Origin: Mobula hypostoma
Taxonomy: Eukaryota
Reading direction: 5' to 3'
Assembly (NCBI RefSeq): GCF_963921235.1
Contig: NC_086097.1
Span: 190,900,001 to 190,964,000 of the forward strand
DNA: 64,000 bases
A program made the position numbers and the translations under genes. This document shows, piece after piece, positions 61,966-64,000 of this stretch (position 1 is its first letter; each line of letters begins with the position of its first letter). The notes beneath the pieces are model-generated. The model worked only from the letters and a program-made list of their open reading frames with translations. It made no database searches and was not told the origin of the DNA.

Positions 61966-64000
61966 AAATCCGATGGTGGGTACAGGACTCTTCGTTGGGA
62001 TTAAGAGTTCTCACAGTCCTGGAAGAAATATCATCTTTCAAAATAGTCAAAGTGAGGAGAAAAAGTATTGCTCTTTCACTTTGACGTATATTCACACACA
62101 TACTTCCATAGGCATATTTCCAAACTGACCACTCACTTTTATCTCATCCTCAACACCCCACTCAGTTGTCAAGCTTCCAGATCAGGATCATGGAAAGGTC
62201 ACTCATTCCCCTCTGTGCAGATAAAGTCAGCAAGGAACAGTAAAGAGGCAAGCTGCATAAGACTAGGACCCTTGTATGTGCAGTGGTTGATCTTTACAGG
62301 GGAGGTAATCTATTTCTCAAAAGGAGAAGCCCCCAACTGTTTGCTGCAAATACAATACACAATCTGCCAGGAGAGACCACTAGCAATGTTCCCTTATCAT
62401 TACCTCGATTCCATCGCTTATCAGTTGTGCAGATCTATCACCTTAAAAGCTTTTTGGCTGCAATTATTTCCTGTTTTGCCTGTGCAGGGTCTATGAATAG
62501 CTCATTGTCAGAAGGTGAGGAGGTGGGGTGGGATGAACTAAACAAGCAATTGGTACTCTGGAAGGGAGAATAGATTGACAATGATGTTATGATAATGCTG
62601 AATTCTTAGTATCCAACACTTAACATCATTAACTCAGAGACTTATACCTTAAGACAGTGAACATGTGTCACAGGGGTATACAACAGGAAATAATGGGTTC
62701 CACTGTGGCAACAGATGTACTTAGTTGAAAAGTGGGCCTACATACCCGAGTAGTCATAGAGATTTTGGTACAAAGTAGAATAGGATTGATTTGATGATAA
62801 AGCTGATGTGGGTGGACAGTGAGATAGTCAGAGAAGCATTGGGCCTGTTCCACAGGTGCAGGATGAGTCCATCTCTGAGCAAGGAAACCATAATCACCCC
62901 TCTGGGGAGCTTAAACACTTTGTTCTAATGGTTTATGGATAATCTGAAGATATAGCTGCTTTTAGTTCAGTGCACAGAAAAAGCCCGGATTGCATCCTGG
63001 TCCAGCTGGAAGTCTGCACTCTGCCACATGCAGGCTGCTGAACCTCTGAAAAAGCAGTGGCAAATGACTGCTGAGACATTGTTGTCCTCACAGAGCTGAG
63101 GAATACTGAGCAAGAGCACCTTGCTGCATTCCATGGACATGAGGCCATTGCCCAGCAACAGTGAATATTTCTCCATGTGATCATGACACCAGATACCAAA
63201 GAACCAAAGAGTTGTGGAAGACAGGATTAAGGAGATGACCAGTCAATGGTATGCTCTTTTTGTCCTTTAGTGAACGAATAACATTATTTGTCATATTTAT
63301 TTGCATGGTTCTGGCTTCCTTGGAATTTTTCAGAAGTTTTATTAAAGCTCTCGAGATAATTCTTGAATGAAATAAAACTCCACTAAACCAACACCCGATT
63401 GTTCAAAAGCATCAGGGTAGTCCTGATGGTTTGCCATCTGTCTCACTTACTAGCCAGGAATGTGAATTGCAGGAGTAGCAGCATGAAGTCAAATCCCTTG
63501 CCACAGCATATAGAGCCTCCAATAAGCAAGAATAAATTAACCGCCTGCTTTCCAGGTTAAAGATAATCCTGTTCGTCTTGTTGTTTCAGCGTGGACAGTT
63601 TAAAGCCAGGGGAAAAACTAAGACTTGCACTTGTTGCTCACAGTCATGTTTACACATTAGTATTTTGTATTGCTGAATTGCCATGGAGCATTCCAAGTCC
63701 ATTCAACACATACTTTCTCTGTTTTAAGAGCTATTGGAAAAGAGTCCTTGTGTGAACCTCAGGACTAAAAAGAGCAACCTGACAATGTATATAGGGAAAA
63801 CCTTTCATTGTACTCTGTCACATCCTCATCCTCCTTCCTGTATTCTTGTTGCAGCTGAAGGTTATCCTTCAAGATTCTAGGATGAGGCAGATGACAGAGA
63901 AATATGTGACCCTCTGAACAGAGTTCTCTACAGTATCCCTTGAGAAGTTCAGGTGTTAGAATTACATCCTGGTAGACTGAGAACAATAAACCCTGCAGCA

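Noticed and set aside
62068..62496. 142-aa ORF (also 21520..21936 and 56571..56933)
   Set aside because: Non-ATG starts with no homology cues; 21520..21936 overlaps a decayed antisense CR1.

Overview
Eukaryotic, AT-rich vertebrate DNA with no prokaryotic features. The repeat content (CR1 LINEs with an SGNH-esterase ORF1, Rex1/Babar-type LINEs, HE1/V-type SINEs, Penelope-like pseudo-LTR remnants) points to a cartilaginous fish, probably a ray; this is inference. The window looks intronic or intergenic: I found no confident host exon, and most of the recognisable ORFs are decayed retroelement fragments. The main result is an ancient endogenous retrovirus on the minus strand (~8441-20137) that the ORF track shows only as disconnected fragments. 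It reads 5' LTR - gag (coiled-coil N-terminus, capsid-like region, decayed CCHC) - protease (FLWDT) - RT - deletion of RNase H/integrase - env C-terminal part with TM anchor - 3' LTR, and its two LTR remnants still align at roughly 75-80%. It is class III/spuma-related, or possibly lokiretrovirus-like. Its RT is split by a 5.7-kb nested stack of younger insertions (Rex1 > CR1 > Gypsy-type LTR > captured I/Nimb-like LINE ORF1 plus coiled-coil DNA). Other notable items are a second, clean solo LTR with a perfect 5-bp TSD, hammerhead-like motifs in Penelope remnants, a 46-bp perfect palindrome, a locally templated 42-bp insertion, and a SINE split by promoter-like DNA. All family assignments come from motif recognition by eye, not database searches, and boundaries are approximate unless TSDs are given.
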